From contig MU058065.1 in assembly GCA_013265495.1 (NCBI GenBank), positions 9,837,720-9,901,719 on the forward strand: a DNA stretch of 64,000 nucleotides. The letters run 5' to 3'. Below the pieces are notes generated by a model. It was not told where the DNA came from. It saw only the letters and a list, made by a program, of their open reading frames with translations, and searched no databases. Of the stretch, positions 13,753-27,900 are shown in pieces. This stretch comes from Vicugna vicugna (Eukaryota). The position numbers and the translations under genes are program-made. Positions within the stretch are counted from its first letter, which is position 1, and every line of letters starts with the position of its first letter.

Positions 13753-14954
13753 TGGTTTAAGCTTGTGTTGAAATATCTGTGGTTTATTGCATTTGCAACA
13801 CAAAACTAATGTTTTAAGGCACTGATGTGCCAAAGGATGCTAATAACCACAATAAAGAATTTTTGAGAGGCTAGGGAGATTTTATGAGAGGGGTGCTGTT
13901 TTTGATTTATTAATTCATCTTATAAGAAAGACAGTTGTTTTACATTGTTCATGTCATACAACAAATGATGCTGCATTTTACCTTTATTAGAAAGAAGCAA
14001 ATGGCCAAGAAGCAAACTAACGTCAATGAACTTTTCAACAAGATTCCGGGTACGTCTGGAGTATAACCCCCTTACGTCTTCTCTATCTGCATTTTCAGAA
14101 TGCCTGAATAACTGATGCTATTATGGGATTCTGACTCATTAAGAAAATGCTGACATTTATTTAGCATCTTTTGTTTAAGAAGGATGGGAATTTAGAGTAC
14201 TCCATTAAGAAAAGTTGAAGGTTAAATGTTCTGGTATTTGAAGTATTATCCTTTGGTTAAATACAAATCTTTTAAATTTAGGACAATGCATTCCTCTAAT
14301 ATCCTAAATAGCTGTGAATTCTCTCTTTCTCTTTTCTTCCCACTTTTGAACAATTGATCTGCTTCTGACACTTCCTTAATTTCTAGTCAGCGATAGCTTT
14401 GAGTGTAAAAGCTGCCCTAGAAATAATTAAGGATGTGGTCTTAACAGTTTCTTTCCACTTGGACAGCATTTAGGGCTTGAAATTTAGTTATTAACTAAGT
14501 GGTACTCTGTGGTCTCATAGTGTTAGTTTATCTTTTCATAGGCCTGACGCATTCCCAGTGTATAATTTACACTCCCCAAGTACACGGTTAACCACTCAAG
14601 AAATCAATAGGGGTTATAAAGCATGTACACATTTGAATTTGGAGACAGTCAAACACCTAGTTTATCCATTAGAAATATAATAGCTGGCACTTTGAATTGG
14701 GGCTTACAGGAAACTATTTTGGAACAGAAAAAGCACAAAAAGGCTATATCCAGGATGGGAGTCGAGTATAACGTAGGTGATGCCAGCAAGCCCCTCTCTT
14801 TTGCTACAATGTAGGCTGTCACTATCAACCCGCAACTTTTGGCTCTTGGAGTGTGACCATGTAGCCCTTTGGATCCAAAGGAGGTAAGAAAAATGTTTTC
14901 TCTTACGAAGTTTTGAAATTTACTAGACCTTGCTCCTACCTCTACCTAATTAAC

Positions 14955-15760
14955 ACATCCATTTATTCATCCATTTAAAAATACTGACTAATCTCTTCCT
15001 AAGTGCCAAATGCTGCAAGTACAGAGTGCACAGCAGTGAGTCAAACATTTCTCCTGTGAAGGTCATACATATCATACATGCAACATACAAGATCAAAACC
15101 AAACAAAACCTAGCATCTAAATCAGAAATGTTACAGGGAAAAGGAGTGTTCAGATAGAGCAGAGAAGGGCGGGAAGCCTATGTGAGAGAGAGGAGGGAAG
15201 GGTGTTGAAGAAGGAAGGATGAGAAGAATTCAGCCAGGTGAAGAACCCTCCGAGTGAGTGGCACACATGGAAAAAGACTCTAATGTAGAAAACAGATATT
15301 CCAGGAGCCAGCCTACAGCAGAGGGTTGCAAGGGGAGTAAGGAGAGGGCCAAAATGAAGTGGAGAGACCAGCAAGGTCCTTGCTATGCAGAACTTTGAAC
15401 GCCACACTGAGGAATACCGATTTAATTTAAAGTGCAGTGGGAAAACACTTGGATAGTTTCAGGTAGATCTCACTGGTATGGAAAACGGATCATGGAGGGA
15501 AAACAGAGAAAGCGGGGAGAACAAATAGGAGAGCAGAGCCGAAGGGTAGGTGAAAGACAGCGCACAAGCCTTGGACTTGAGTAGCAGCAACAGAGGGGAA
15601 AAAAGTACATCTATTCCACATATGTCTTAGAGGTGGACTGAACACGACATATTTGCGTATTGTAAAAGGAGAGGAATGAATCAAAGATGACCAGGCTTTT
15701 GGCTTGAACATCTGGTTAGTGCCATTTTGTATGATGGGGAAGATTGCAGGAAAAATAATT
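14955..15760 (-). mobile_element. L2 LINE fragment
   Basis: Starts with the reversed L2 tail (catccatttattcatcca). Purine-rich body includes gaatcaaagatgaccaggcttttggcttgaacatctgg. Confidence 0.8.
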
Positions 15761-16474
15761 AAACTCTGATGTATAAACATGACAGATCTCTGATAATGAT
15801 TTTGGACACTGCATTGAAAACTCTATGTTTATGTTTGGGTATGTCTACAGAAGAATTGCTATTAACTGAAAGAAATTCATAGTTTAGTAGGAAAATTATC
15901 AGGGCTGGAATGTCTATTAATAATATTAAGCAAATTTATGATTTTTAATGGAAATCTTCTACATGGCGTCTAAAGTAGGGAGGACATTTATAATGGTCTA
16001 CAAGGGATGTGGAGATATAAATGTAAAGGCAAGATAAGAAATACCATGAAATGAAAGGGAAGAATTAAACTATGAAGAAACATCAGTGAGGAATGCTTTT
16101 AAGTAAAGTATTTTTTCTCTCCTTTTGAAAAATTATCACAAGAAAGCAAGAATTATTGAAAGATAAGAAGTATGTAAATTTGCTCCCTTCAATGTCCATT
16201 ATGTAACATAGATTCTACTTAGGCCAAAGGATTATTAAATAGTGTTATTATTTTACTCTGTTTAATGATTGACATGTCTAAACCCATTTTTGTAGCTATT
16301 GTTTTATTTGAGACTGCAACATCCCTAAATGTTAGGTGTGGTAAAGATATGAATGTGTGTGTATTTTTTTCCCTGGATACATTGGAGGGTATTGATATGT
16401 TGAATTCAGTTATTCCCTAGGGTCATACAGTGGGTTAGGACAGAAAGCTTGCTCCAGAAACCATGTGTTCTCAT

Positions 16475-16570
16475 TTTTTAAATAATTTTTTAAAATTTGG
16501 GATAGTTTAGACTTACAGGAAAGTTACAGAGAGAGTACAGAGAATTCTCATATCCCCACAACCAATTTTT
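16475..16570 (-). mobile_element. L1M 3' end fragment
   Basis: gatagtttagacttacaggaaagttacagagagagtacagagaattctcatatcccc resembles a reversed L1MA/L1MB 3' terminus. Confidence 0.65.
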
Positions 16571-18589
16571 ATTCATGTTCTCCTTTTTAATCTGGTGTTT
16601 TTTCACAATTTTTCAATGGTAAGGAATTGTCTAAGGGTTGAACATATAGAGTTAAGGGGGGAAAAATGAAAGAAGCAGTCATCTGGATAATTCCAGGCCA
16701 GAAAACAATTTTGTCTGAAAGATACAGATAATTGAGACAGAAATGTTCTTTTGCCTGGAGAGATCCCTATGATCGCCTTCCTCCTTCACTTGAATTTGTA
16801 GGTACAGTTATGACCATAAGTGTTTCACTTCCTAACAGGAAACTGTATCATTCAATGTGAAGAATGCGTGTTGTTTGAGAGGGCTAAATGTCTTAGTTCT
16901 ATACTTTTTTTCTTAAAAATATTTTGGATATTTTCATTATAAAAGCACTTTCACATTGATTTAAGAAGAGTAGAAAATATAGAAAGTCCTCATTCTTTAC
17001 ACCCTAAAGAAAACCACTATCAACGTTTAACTTACTTACTTCCAGTCTTTTTACCACATGTATTGTTTGGATCTGTTTACTTAGATTGGAACACGCATAG
17101 GGTGTTCTTTTTGTAAGCTTCGTGTCTGGCCATGCCTAAAAGCTGATCTCAAATAGCAGAACTGTTAAACTGTTCAGCGTGGGACACTGTAAGGAGTCCA
17201 TCTGGTCTGTCCAGAGAGGAGCTGTGATTACTGGAAGTCTACCTCTTATGTTAGTTGGGCCAGGGACATAGATGATGGAGCGACAAGAATTCGAGCTATC
17301 ACCAGTGGGAGAGAAAATGGTACAAACTTTCAAAAACTGAAAGCAAAGACTCATTGTAAATAAATCAATTGCAACATCCTTTATGAAAATGAAAACTGAG
17401 AAACTACGTAAATTTTCAGCAATAGTTTAATATAGGTATGTAAACTGTAGTGTAGTTAGATAAATATTATTCAGTTAGAAAAAAAATTATGAAAAATTTT
17501 GATGACAGAAAAATGAATTGGATACTAAAATGTATAATGGGTGGAGAAATTAAAAACATGAAATGAATTTCACCCCAATTTTGACAGTGATCGTGACAGT
17601 GCTTATTTCTAACTAGTAGAGATAATTTTCTACAATAAATATGCTTTATTTTTATCAGAAGAATATACACGAATTGAAAAATAAAGGTCATCAAATGATT
17701 CCTTTTTTTTTTTGGATGGGGAGCTTAAAAATAATTGGTTAGGTCTTTGAATTTAAGATTTTACTCTTACTTGTTCAGTTCCAACTGGGCATATTCATTT
17801 ATCACTTATTAACAACCTCTCATAGTAAAAATGTGAAATCTTACTTCCCTCAGCCTATTGAAAAACCCCAGTGTTCATGATCATCTTCATGTCTTCATAC
17901 TGTTTTTAAGAAACAGATTCTCCAGTTCCCAAACTTGACTGAGTGGATTTCCATGCCCTTGGGGCTCCAAAATCTTTTCTATCATACTTGGCAGTGCCAG
18001 GGATGGGCTAATTGTTTTTGAGGGTCAGACCTTCTTTCATATTTCTGTTTTTTTTATTGGTCTTGGGTCACTGGCAGCAATTACTACCATGTCCTGCCTG
18101 TGGCTAGAGGTGACAAGACTGTCCTTTCAGAACCCTGCCAGCCTTTAACGCGTGCAATGTACAGATCTTCATCTGAGACTTGGAACAATGAATCTTCCGC
18201 AGCAATTAATGAAGATCCGTTTATGTAGAGAAGATGAAGTATGCCTAGCAGAGGAACAGCTTTACAGAGTTTCAAGAGCCCATCTGTCTTTCTGCGAAAA
18301 AAAAAAAGTTGGACCCATCCAAGCCTTTTTATCATCTTTTCAAGCTAGGTCATTCCAAAGAAATTAGGAGCGAAGATGAACACAAAGTGCTTTAGGCCCA
18401 GTCGTTTCTCTCTCACTCTCTAAGTATTTCTCAGTATTCTGCGAGGGTCATCGAACATAAGGCATGTTCACTATTAGTCTCATCATACACAATTTATATG
18501 TTATATGAATCAAATAATTTTGGTAATTGACAGTGACATTTTGGTAACACTGAAAGTAATCTCATTTCTTCTACCAATGAGGAGCTGTG

Positions 18590-18800
18590 TCAAATTGAGT
18601 CTGAAATCTAGCTCCTCCGCCTCCTGGCTGTGGGATTTAGAGCAAGTCATATACCCTATGGATCAGTTTCCTCATCTGTAAGATGGAGATGATTGAGTGT
18701 TTGTATAACAAGGTTATACTGAGGAATAAATGAGAATATTTATATAAAACCCTCTGAACAATAGCTAGCAAAAAATAGGCACTTAATAAATGCTTTCGTT
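18590..18800 (+). mobile_element. MIR SINE
   Basis: Core cagtttcctcatctgtaagatggagatgat and tail ggcacttaataaatgct. Confidence 0.85.
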
Positions 18801-18994
18801 TTTCCTAGTTATTGTCATCACATGCCCTCATAGTCATGTTTTCAAACAAATCTAAAGGAAATAAGCAAGAATAAAGCAATAGATCTAGAAATAAACATTC
18901 CCTGTGTGCTTTCTGGTCACTTTGCTTCGGTTTTCATGGAAATGCCTGTCTGCAGAGAAGTGCCCTGGCTCACTCTTACAAGTCATTCGGCAGA

Positions 18995-19560
18995 GGGGAA
19001 AAAGCAGGCTTTGGAAGAGAGAGCTGAGCTTAGGCTCAGCACAGCTATTTGATATTGTTTATTGTTTTTTGGCAAATTACTTCACTCCTCAAGGCTTCTG
19101 TCTCCTCATCGAAAAAGAAGGAAACAGAAAAGCAAACAGGCAAATACATATGATAACTGGGTAAAGATAGGGGCCAAAGAACACACAGAAATGATGCCTG
19201 GATTTCAGGATGAAGGCAGGGAGCAAATGGCCTCCGTTTCCTCACTGTCAAAATGTCTGAAATAATAGTACCACCTGTCAACAGCTGGGAGGCAATAAGG
19301 TCACGGGCTTGGGAGCTTGACTGTCTGGGTTCAGTTCTGGTTTTTTCCACCCTCTGACTGTGTAACCACAGCCAAATTATTTAACCTTTATGCATGCCTG
19401 TAAAACATTTATAACAATGTCTGGCACACAGTGAGAACCCAATAAGTCAGAGCTATTTTAAACTAATATGTGTAACAACTAAATGAGATTTTAAATCTAA
19501 AGAAGCATTTGTTTTAGCACAGTGCCCGGCACAAAGTAAATGCTTGATAAACGAAAGTGG
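18995..19560 (+). mobile_element. Cluster of MIR fragments
   Basis: ggcaaattacttcactcctc...tctcctcatc; ctgggttcagttctgg...aattatttaacct; two MIR/L2 tails (tctggcacacagt, agcacagtgcccggcacaaagtaaatgct). Confidence 0.7.
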
Positions 19561-20787
19561 CTGTTAATAATCATCGTCATTCCCAGAGGAAGGCTGTCCA
19601 AGCTGAAACATGAAGAATGAACACGAATTAGGCAAATGGAAGGAGAATAAGTGTTCCATGTTGGAATAATATATACCAAAAGTCAGAGGGGAGCTAGAGC
19701 ATGGCTCTTAGGGGAAGTGTCAGTTTCTGGAGCACAGAAAGTGCAGGAAATGAGGGTAGAGGGCATAGATTAAGGAGTGTGGTACTTGCCATCAAAGCTT
19801 TTGTACCATCCTGCGGTGAAGGTGGCACACACTAACTGGCACATGCAGATATGTGCAGTGCTCCCACTCGTGGGGGAGGCTGTCTCTCTGGCAGGACCAG
19901 CAGATTCATGTCATGCTTGGCTTATCCAGCCTTTCAGTATGTGTCGTTGCTGGCATCTGATGAAAGGATTCAGTTATATTCAGTACTGGAGTCTTGCAAG
20001 AACCTTGGGTGGGAGAAGAGCCCTTGGTAAAAGTCAGAGGGAAGGATTATAGGATCAGGAAAGATTCACTTTGTTTTGACAAATCTACAAAGGGGACAAA
20101 GCCATGGTGCCTCTATCTCTAATAAAAGAATCTCTTCCATGAACTTGAAAAAGAAATGGAATTCTCTCTTGCCAATAAAGTAGATATCAGGTTTATATTA
20201 TTTCTCAAACTCAAGGCAATATTAAGAGTATAATTTGAATCATTTATTAATAACAAATCTTATGACTTGAAATGTATTCTTATCTCCTAGATAGAAGAGT
20301 TGCTGACTCAATATGGTCTATTCTGATGGAAACACGTTTGTTACAATAAGAAAACATCCATATTCCTCTTTTGGAAAATAACTTTATGTTCTTATGTTTG
20401 ATGGAATAATGAGATTCTGTAATACACTGGAAAAAAACCATGCATGATATTCATTCATTGTGGCAGTATATCATAATTCCTCAGCTTCCCTTTGTCATTA
20501 ATAACAGAAGATTATGAATAAAACCATACTAATATCCACCAGATGTTCAGAAAAACATAAATATCTCCACATCAGCACATTTTAGCAAAAGCCAACAAAA
20601 TCTTCTCTACTTCTTTTTCCTTTTTTAGTTTTCTGAACATGTTCCTCGATATGATATTTTTAATCCTCATTAGAGATTTGCTTCTGGTTCCTTGTATATC
20701 CACCACAAGAAACTGACTGTATAGTTTCAAATGTAACCAACATGTGTCTTGCCACCTTTCCCCCTATTCCTCTGTGAATTAAGAAGC

Positions 20788-21030
20788 AGGCTGGTGTAAT
20801 GGGAAGAGATCAGCCAGCTTTGTGGTCAAAGAGATATCCGTTTACACATATTCTCATCTTCTTAATAGCTAGGTGACCTTGGGAAAATTGCTTAAACTTT
20901 CTGAGCCTAAATTCCTTTATCGTTACAATAGCAATAATAATTCTTTCATTGAAGGGCCATTTCAAAGAAAAGCACTAATAAAGTGCAAGCATTCACCCGT
21001 ATTCAATGAAAGGTAACAGTTATATTATCC
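20788..21030 (+). mobile_element. MIR SINE
   Basis: ggtgtaatgggaagag...agctaggtgaccttgggaaaattgcttaaactttctgagcctaaattcc. Confidence 0.8.
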
Positions 21031-22499
21031 ATCTGAAGACCGTTCGGATTTCTTGGTTTCCTTCGACTACTGGATTTTCCATTTTTCTTCCCCACTGATG
21101 ACTTAAGCTTATTAAAATTTCTTTTTTTCCCTAAAATTCAAGTTTTTCTCTTCTGTTACCATTCTAGAAGCTTATTCTCTTAGCCCCAGCTCCCTTATAA
21201 ACACGCCATGTGAGGGTGAGGGCAGGTTTTGTTACGCTTTTTAACACCCAAGACAAAATTGTACACACACTACCTGACAGACTGCGGATAGTTCCTCCGC
21301 TTAGGGAAACACAGCTCCCACATGGGCTCCATGAAATGGCCAGGAAAATGTGCACAAAACACTTTATCAAATGAATTTTTTCCCTGTAGTGAATTCCACG
21401 GTCTCAACTTGGAAAGGAAGGAATTACCTGTTGTGGAAACAACGCTTCAGAACCTGGGATGGGCTGCCTGTTCAGGTGAGGCTAATCAACTCCTTCAGAA
21501 GCTAAGAGCACCAGAACAGGGCACGAAAAAATATAACTTGTAAAATGGTACCCTGGTGTTCTGGAAGGATAATTCATTTAATATGGAAGAGTTGTTCATC
21601 CCTGTCTGGTCGTTAACACGCTATGGTTTACCAGAGGAAGTTTCCCAGGGTGACCATCTTGTACAAGGCAGCAGAGCAAGTGTGAAACAGGAAAGAGGTA
21701 AAAGTTAGAAGTCTTTGCTTTTTTAGTCCAACCTTTAGAACCTCACATAAAAAACAATCCTGATACAGAGGTTAAGTGTACAGGACTTCATGAGACCCTT
21801 GATTTCCACGTCAATCTTTAGAAGGAAGCACCCTTTTCTTCTAGTGGGTCGTGTCCATCACCATTCAGGTCCTGTGGGCTTTGACTTACTTTGGCCATGT
21901 GGCTTTAACCTGGAGTGCCACAGCAGTATTAAGAGGTAGTAAAGATGTGTCCTTCCAGGTCTTGACTCACTGCTACTCTATCAGTTTATTTTGATTCAAA
22001 AATTGGCTAATGCTCCACAAAGTCTCCCTTCCCTGGAATTCGGGGAGCGCAGCTTATTTATATGTAGATGTAGCTATATGACATTTTCAAATGCCATACA
22101 TTTGCATATGAAGGTCTCTTTCTTCCCCTTTCAGTAAACAGTCTCTGCTATTACTTCCAAAGCAATGTTTAGAATTATATTTTCTATACAGGTCTTTCCT
22201 TAGAACGTTTTTTTTTTTTTTTAAGTACCCAGTAGCAATAAAAAAAGAAACCCTCGAGCTGGAATCCATTTTTGGGGGGTGAGTATATACATACCTACAT
22301 ATATATAAATATGTATATGTGGCGTCAGGGAGAGAGATTCACCTTCTGTTTCTGTGGCTTTGTGCTAAAACTTTTGTAAAAATGATAAAAATATTATGGT
22401 CAAAATTTCTTAAGAGGAAAACAAAAGTGACATTAATTTGATATGGAGCTTCCCTTAAAAACTGATATAGTTTGGTTTCTAGAGAGATGACCATCAGTC

Positions 22500-22620
22500 T
22501 TATCTATTCAACAAATAACTATTAAATGTTTACTTTCCAGACACTGCATATATAGTGGGAAATAAGACAAATTCCCTGTCCTCATGAAGCCTACACTGTA
22601 ACAAAGGAAGACAGAAAATT
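22500..22620 (-). mobile_element. L2 3' end fragment
   Basis: attcaacaaataactatt...aataagacaaattccctgtcctcatgaagcctacact. Confidence 0.7.
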
Positions 22621-23184
22621 AAAAGGTGAGAACATGAGTACCTAAAACATTCTGTTCTCCCTTTTCAACACTGAAGAACAGCACACACAGTACTGGCAGA
22701 GAGCACACCTGCGCTGCAGGTAGACATTAAGTAGGCTGGTCAGCGGGCTTTCTTTTGAAAGATATGAAGGGTCCTGACACGGCAAGGGAAGAGAGACATG
22801 CATCTTTAAGAGCACAGAAAAAAGCTAAAGCAGATTGTAAGCTTTAAACATAATTATACATAAAAATAAGGTTTGCAACAGGAAGGGCATCTTACAATAC
22901 AATTCTGAGAGTGCAGTGAGCTTTTCTTTGACGTTAGAGTTTTAAGAAACATGAAGTAAAAAGAAAGGAAGGAAGGAAACAAAGGAGAGAAGCTACTGAG
23001 TGTTTCCACAATTTCCACTGGCTTCCAGGGCCACTGTTACCCACCCCACTGTTCCCCAAGGAGTTATTCTTGGCTGTCTTTGCTCTCCCCTTACCCCTAA
23101 GCTGGGGGGTTCCCCGGCACCCCTAAACTCAGCTTCTGTCTGAGGAGTACCACCTCATCGTTTTCATTCCTCTTCTCTCCCGCC

Positions 23185-24030
23185 CTCCAGCCCCATGTGT
23201 TCATTTCTATGTTGATGTCCTCAAACAAGACAGATGAAACCTGACTCAGTATTTTGCCCTCAAATCTGCTCTTCCTCTTTCTGTTTTCCCTGTCACAGAG
23301 TATGGAACTATCATTCATCTAAGCAGCCAAGCAAAAAACCTTCACATTTTTCTTGACTCTCCCCTTCTCTTGGCATTCATATCTGGTCGGTTAGCCAATC
23401 TGATTCCCTTCAGCTCCTAAATCCAGCCCAAATCTGTTTCTCCCTCGCTGCTGCTAGCACCATCAACAACACTCGTGCTGCGCTGTTCTCTGGTGAACGC
23501 CACCATGTTCTCATAACTCGTTTTGCCTCATGTTCCTTGCCTCTCCTGCCTGGCCTTCACTTTGCTGCCAGAGTTGCTTTTTTTTTTTTTTTAAATAAAA
23601 GGACATGACACCATTTCAGATACCTCAGCAACCCCCTGTTGAGCAGAGGGTAAATTTCAACTTTCTTTACAAACGAGAAAAGAGCCTTGACTGAAGCTGC
23701 GCACCACTATTCCCATTTTCGCCCCTTTGTTCCCCTTCCTCAGCCTGTACTTCAGCCATTCTACTTTTTTCCTGAAAAATTCCTGCTTATCAATGCCTCT
23801 TCACCTTTTCAGATGCTGTTCCCTACCTTTCGAAGGCTCCCTTCTCTTCTCTGCCACCAAAGGAAGCCCCAGCTTCTCTGTAACACCTCTGACTTCTCTT
23901 ATTGCCAGTCAGTTACTCCATCATCTTGAATCTCTGCTCTGTTACATCAGCATCTCTGAGCTATACTCTCTTCATTTCTAGAAAGGACTCATTATATCTC
24001 CTCCCCAGGCAGGCTGTGAGGAGATAAGAC
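23185..24030 (+). mobile_element. L2 LINE fragment
   Basis: aaatctgctcttcctct...atggaactatcattcatctaagcagccaagc...cttgactctcccctt...gctgccagagt are L2 ORF2 3' motifs. Confidence 0.75.
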
Positions 24031-24734
24031 AGCATGTTGTGTATATAATGCATGACATAAAGTCAATGAAAAATAAATCCATTTTTTCTACTACTTTCTA
24101 TTATTTTATTTGTACTGTAGCACTCTGAATCCTTTATTTTCTATTTACTGTACGAAGTTATTTGAATAATCATCATTTAGAGTGAGTGCTTGCTAGAGCA
24201 GCATGGCTCTCCAAATTTACATTTAGAGAGAGGCTTAGCTGTAGTTTGAATCTGAGTTTCCTTATTTCCAAAAAGTCAAAACAAATATTACCAGGATCAG
24301 GAAGAAATCGATCAGTTCCTATAAAAAGTTCACTAATTAAAATTCTGCACTGCATCTTCCAGATGAATAGGCTTCGTGAGTCTCAGGTTGTTCTGTTACA
24401 TCTGTGACTTCGAAGTCTTGGATACCACAGCCTGAGGACCAGGAAACTTTATTTCATGGGTGTCACGGTTAAACTCATGTCACTTGATGGTGTGTCTGAA
24501 CGTAACCGGCATTTTTCTAGGCTTACAACTTACCATTTGATGAACTCAGGCAACAATGCTGACCAGAGTGAGAATGATTCCAAAGAGACACTCTGCTAAT
24601 CTGCTAATAATTTTCAGGATTTTAACATAGTTAGGCAGATTCTGGAGAAAGATACTGGACTCACAGACTGAGCTCTTTAGTCTGTGGCTTTATATGCCAT
24701 CACTGTAGAGAGTAATGGATGAGACCATTGTCTG

Positions 24735-24905
24735 GAACAGACGGTGAGATCATCTATTCAAGATCTGTGATTTACAGTTAAGAAAACTAATGCTCAGGGA
24801 GGTTATGGTCAAACACGGCACCTAACACAGGTCTCCTGGGGATTAATGCACAGCGACGACTAGAATCACGAGCACTTTACATCCCAGTTCTGAGATTTTC
24901 CCACC
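24735..24905 (-). mobile_element. MIR/MIR3 SINE
   Basis: gagatcatcta...tttacagttaagaaaactaatgctcagggaggtta...gactagaatc. Confidence 0.65.
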
Positions 24906-27900
24906 TACGTGGAAGTGCCTCTATTATTTAAAGGTACTACGACCCATTTCACAGGTGTTAGCAGAAGATAATGGAAACAGGTAAAAGGGGAAAAAAAAGT
25001 CAAAGAAGGTGGAGAAAGAATTATACTAGTTATAAGGATTACGACTTTTATACTATGAATAATAGATGAGATGTACCATTGTAGTAAGTTTCTGATGCTG
25101 AATCATATTTTCCTACCAAAATTTCTACTTAATTTTTAATTTTGTATATAATACCATATTCCTATGCAGTTGAGTATTGACAGTTTTATCAAAACAGCTT
25201 TTCTTTAACCCTTTAACCCTTTCATTTGTAAGGTGTGTTTTTAATCTCTTGGAACCGTTTCCCAGGAGAGAAATATTATGGAGTTTCTAATGAAAGTCAT
25301 TAGAAGCCAAATTCATTTACCAGAAATTAGATTGAAGTGGAACTTGCAGTAGACACAGGGATCCCAAACATCTTCATTTTCTATTAAGCATGAGAGGACA
25401 TGGAGCAAAGTAATTTCTTTGCCCTAGAGTAGGATTCCACTGCCTTTTATATATTTGACAGTTTCAAAAACATCCTACACCTTAGTGCTCTAAAAACACA
25501 ATGCAAAAGGGAAATGACCAATAATAGACATTGGTACATCAGGATAATATGACAAATTGGATGAACTGACAGGCAGGTGATGAATAATTTTAACATGACC
25601 CTAAAAATAGTGAAGGGGTGTTTGCACGCTGACACTTCTCTAGAGGCAGATGGATATGCATGACCTGAGTTTTCAGACAGGTGTCAGGGATATTGATGGC
25701 CGGTGTAGGGATGATCATTTTCTTGGCACTGTTGCAGTAGACAGTTTGCATGATTAATGATGCATCTTAGTCTTTTTTTTTCCCGTAGGGGCAGAAAGGG
25801 ATATGAACCTTTATCACCCCAAGGAATGTAAGAATTCTGCCTGCAGGGTAAGGCAGGAGAGCTTTATTCACCTAAAAGCACCATTTTCTTTTGGGGGGTG
25901 AAGAAACAGTAGTAAAATATACAAGCAATCTTGACATATGCGATGACAGGGCTTGGTAGGATGATGGTAACACGTTTCTTATTAACAGCGTTCTATCTCA
26001 GGGCGCAGGAGTCGGGCACAGATCTGAAGGGTGGAGTGCAGGAAGCCTGGGCTCTGACAAAAAGAAAGCAAACTGCAGCTTTGGGAAGGATCCGATCATA
26101 TATAGGATTTGAGTGAATATTTAAGAACCACTTTCAAAAGAAATAGTACAAGACCAAGGCAGGAACCAGGAGGTGAGATCATCTTCCTAATGTTTATATT
26201 CATTTCAGGTTTTCAGAGACAATTTTCAGATTCAAATCAATTCAATATTGTTTCTAAATGCTAAATCTAGTGAGAAAGGGCTTTTCTTTTCCAAGAATAA
26301 TACTGTTTGCTCAGGTTTTTAAAATGTCACATAGAGCAGTGAATGAACCCAAGGCTCAAAATTAAATACAAAATCTAATAATAGTTTGTAGACGCATTCT
26401 GCTAAACCCTGAGTATCCCATCTACTAGAAATATAACGGTAAATAAAGGTAAACGTAAGCTATGGAGGTAAATAAAATACAAATTTTCTTTTCTTTTCCT
26501 TTTTCACGGAATAAAGGGCAACCATGGAAGTCAAGTTCCAGTGAAAAAAGTGGTGATCAAGGTGATCAAAAAAACAAGCCATCTTTTTCTACAAAAATTT
26601 TAAATATAGAATAGAGGCTCATTTATATGAGGGAAAGGGGTAAGAATTTAATCTTCAAGTACACAAGAGCTTACTTAGATTATTTCTTTATTTTCTATTT
26701 ACATGGAGAGAGGACAAGAGTTACAACTTAAAACTGCTCCTCTGCTGGTACTAGAAATGTTTGCATTTGCATTTATTGATTAAATTCTCAGTGGGTAAAC
26801 TCATATCCAAAATGTGGGAATGATGGAGTGTGTCTTATCTGGAATAGGCCTTTAACATTTTAAACTCATAATTTTAACTGGAAACCTGCTACATTCAAAT
26901 TCTGTGAGAGAGTTCTCTTAACAGGGCTAAATCATATTACCTTAGATGAATACAATTTCTACTTAAATTCTGAAACATTCTATGCATGTTGAGTACAATG
27001 AACTCTTCCACTAAGTAGGAACATATTGAGAGGAAAAAAATAATTGTTGTAACAATATGAATGGTTGCCCCAGATAGCCCTTGTGCTTTTAGAAAATAGA
27101 GCTTGAACAAGGCTTAAGCCAATCAGCAGGGAGCAGAACTACCTGGGGCATAAATTCGAAGCTTTATACATAGTCAAGGGAAGATGGATTCTAACAGCCT
27201 TGCCATCTTTTTCTTTCTTTTTTTTTTTTATGGCCCAATTAATAATACACTTATACACAGAAATAGGAAAATAGAAATCTAGAATCTAAAAATCTTCAGT
27301 TTGAATTTTGTTAAAATCAGATCAAATTATGCTATCCAAATTAAAGAATTATTTCAGTCTGGAAAACAAAACTTTCAAGACAACATGGAAAATACGTTAG
27401 AATAGGAAGTATCTGTATCCTAAATATGTGCCAATAATAATTCCAGATAGCTGCATAATGAGTCTCATCTCACGAAGGGCTTTCCAAAATATTCAAAAAA
27501 CGCACAAAATATATAATCTTCATTTTAAAAAGATTCTCAGAGGGGCTAGGAGACTTTCTCAGATTATATAACATTTATAAGTTGAGCGGGTAGGTTTACG
27601 ATTTAGGTTTTTTGTTGACCTGTCCAGTGTGTTTTCAAAACATTTCAGTAGGGAATAAATGAACCATATATAGAATAACATTCAATAAAGGGACTATAGA
27701 TACTTGTATGTTATTTCATCTTTCTGTACCAGAAAGATTTACTTGATTTTTTTAATGACTGACTTTTGGCATAAAACTAATGTAGATGAAAAAGGAATCG
27801 CCACCTTTCAGAGATGGTCTTTTTCCAAAAATGACATCATAAGTTTTTCAAAACAGTAACACATATATCTCAGACAATGTATTTACTAACTCCTCCTTCT

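Noticed and set aside
25201..25222. (TTTAACCC)-type short repeat resembling telomeric sequence
   Set aside because: Only two units; consistent with local slippage.
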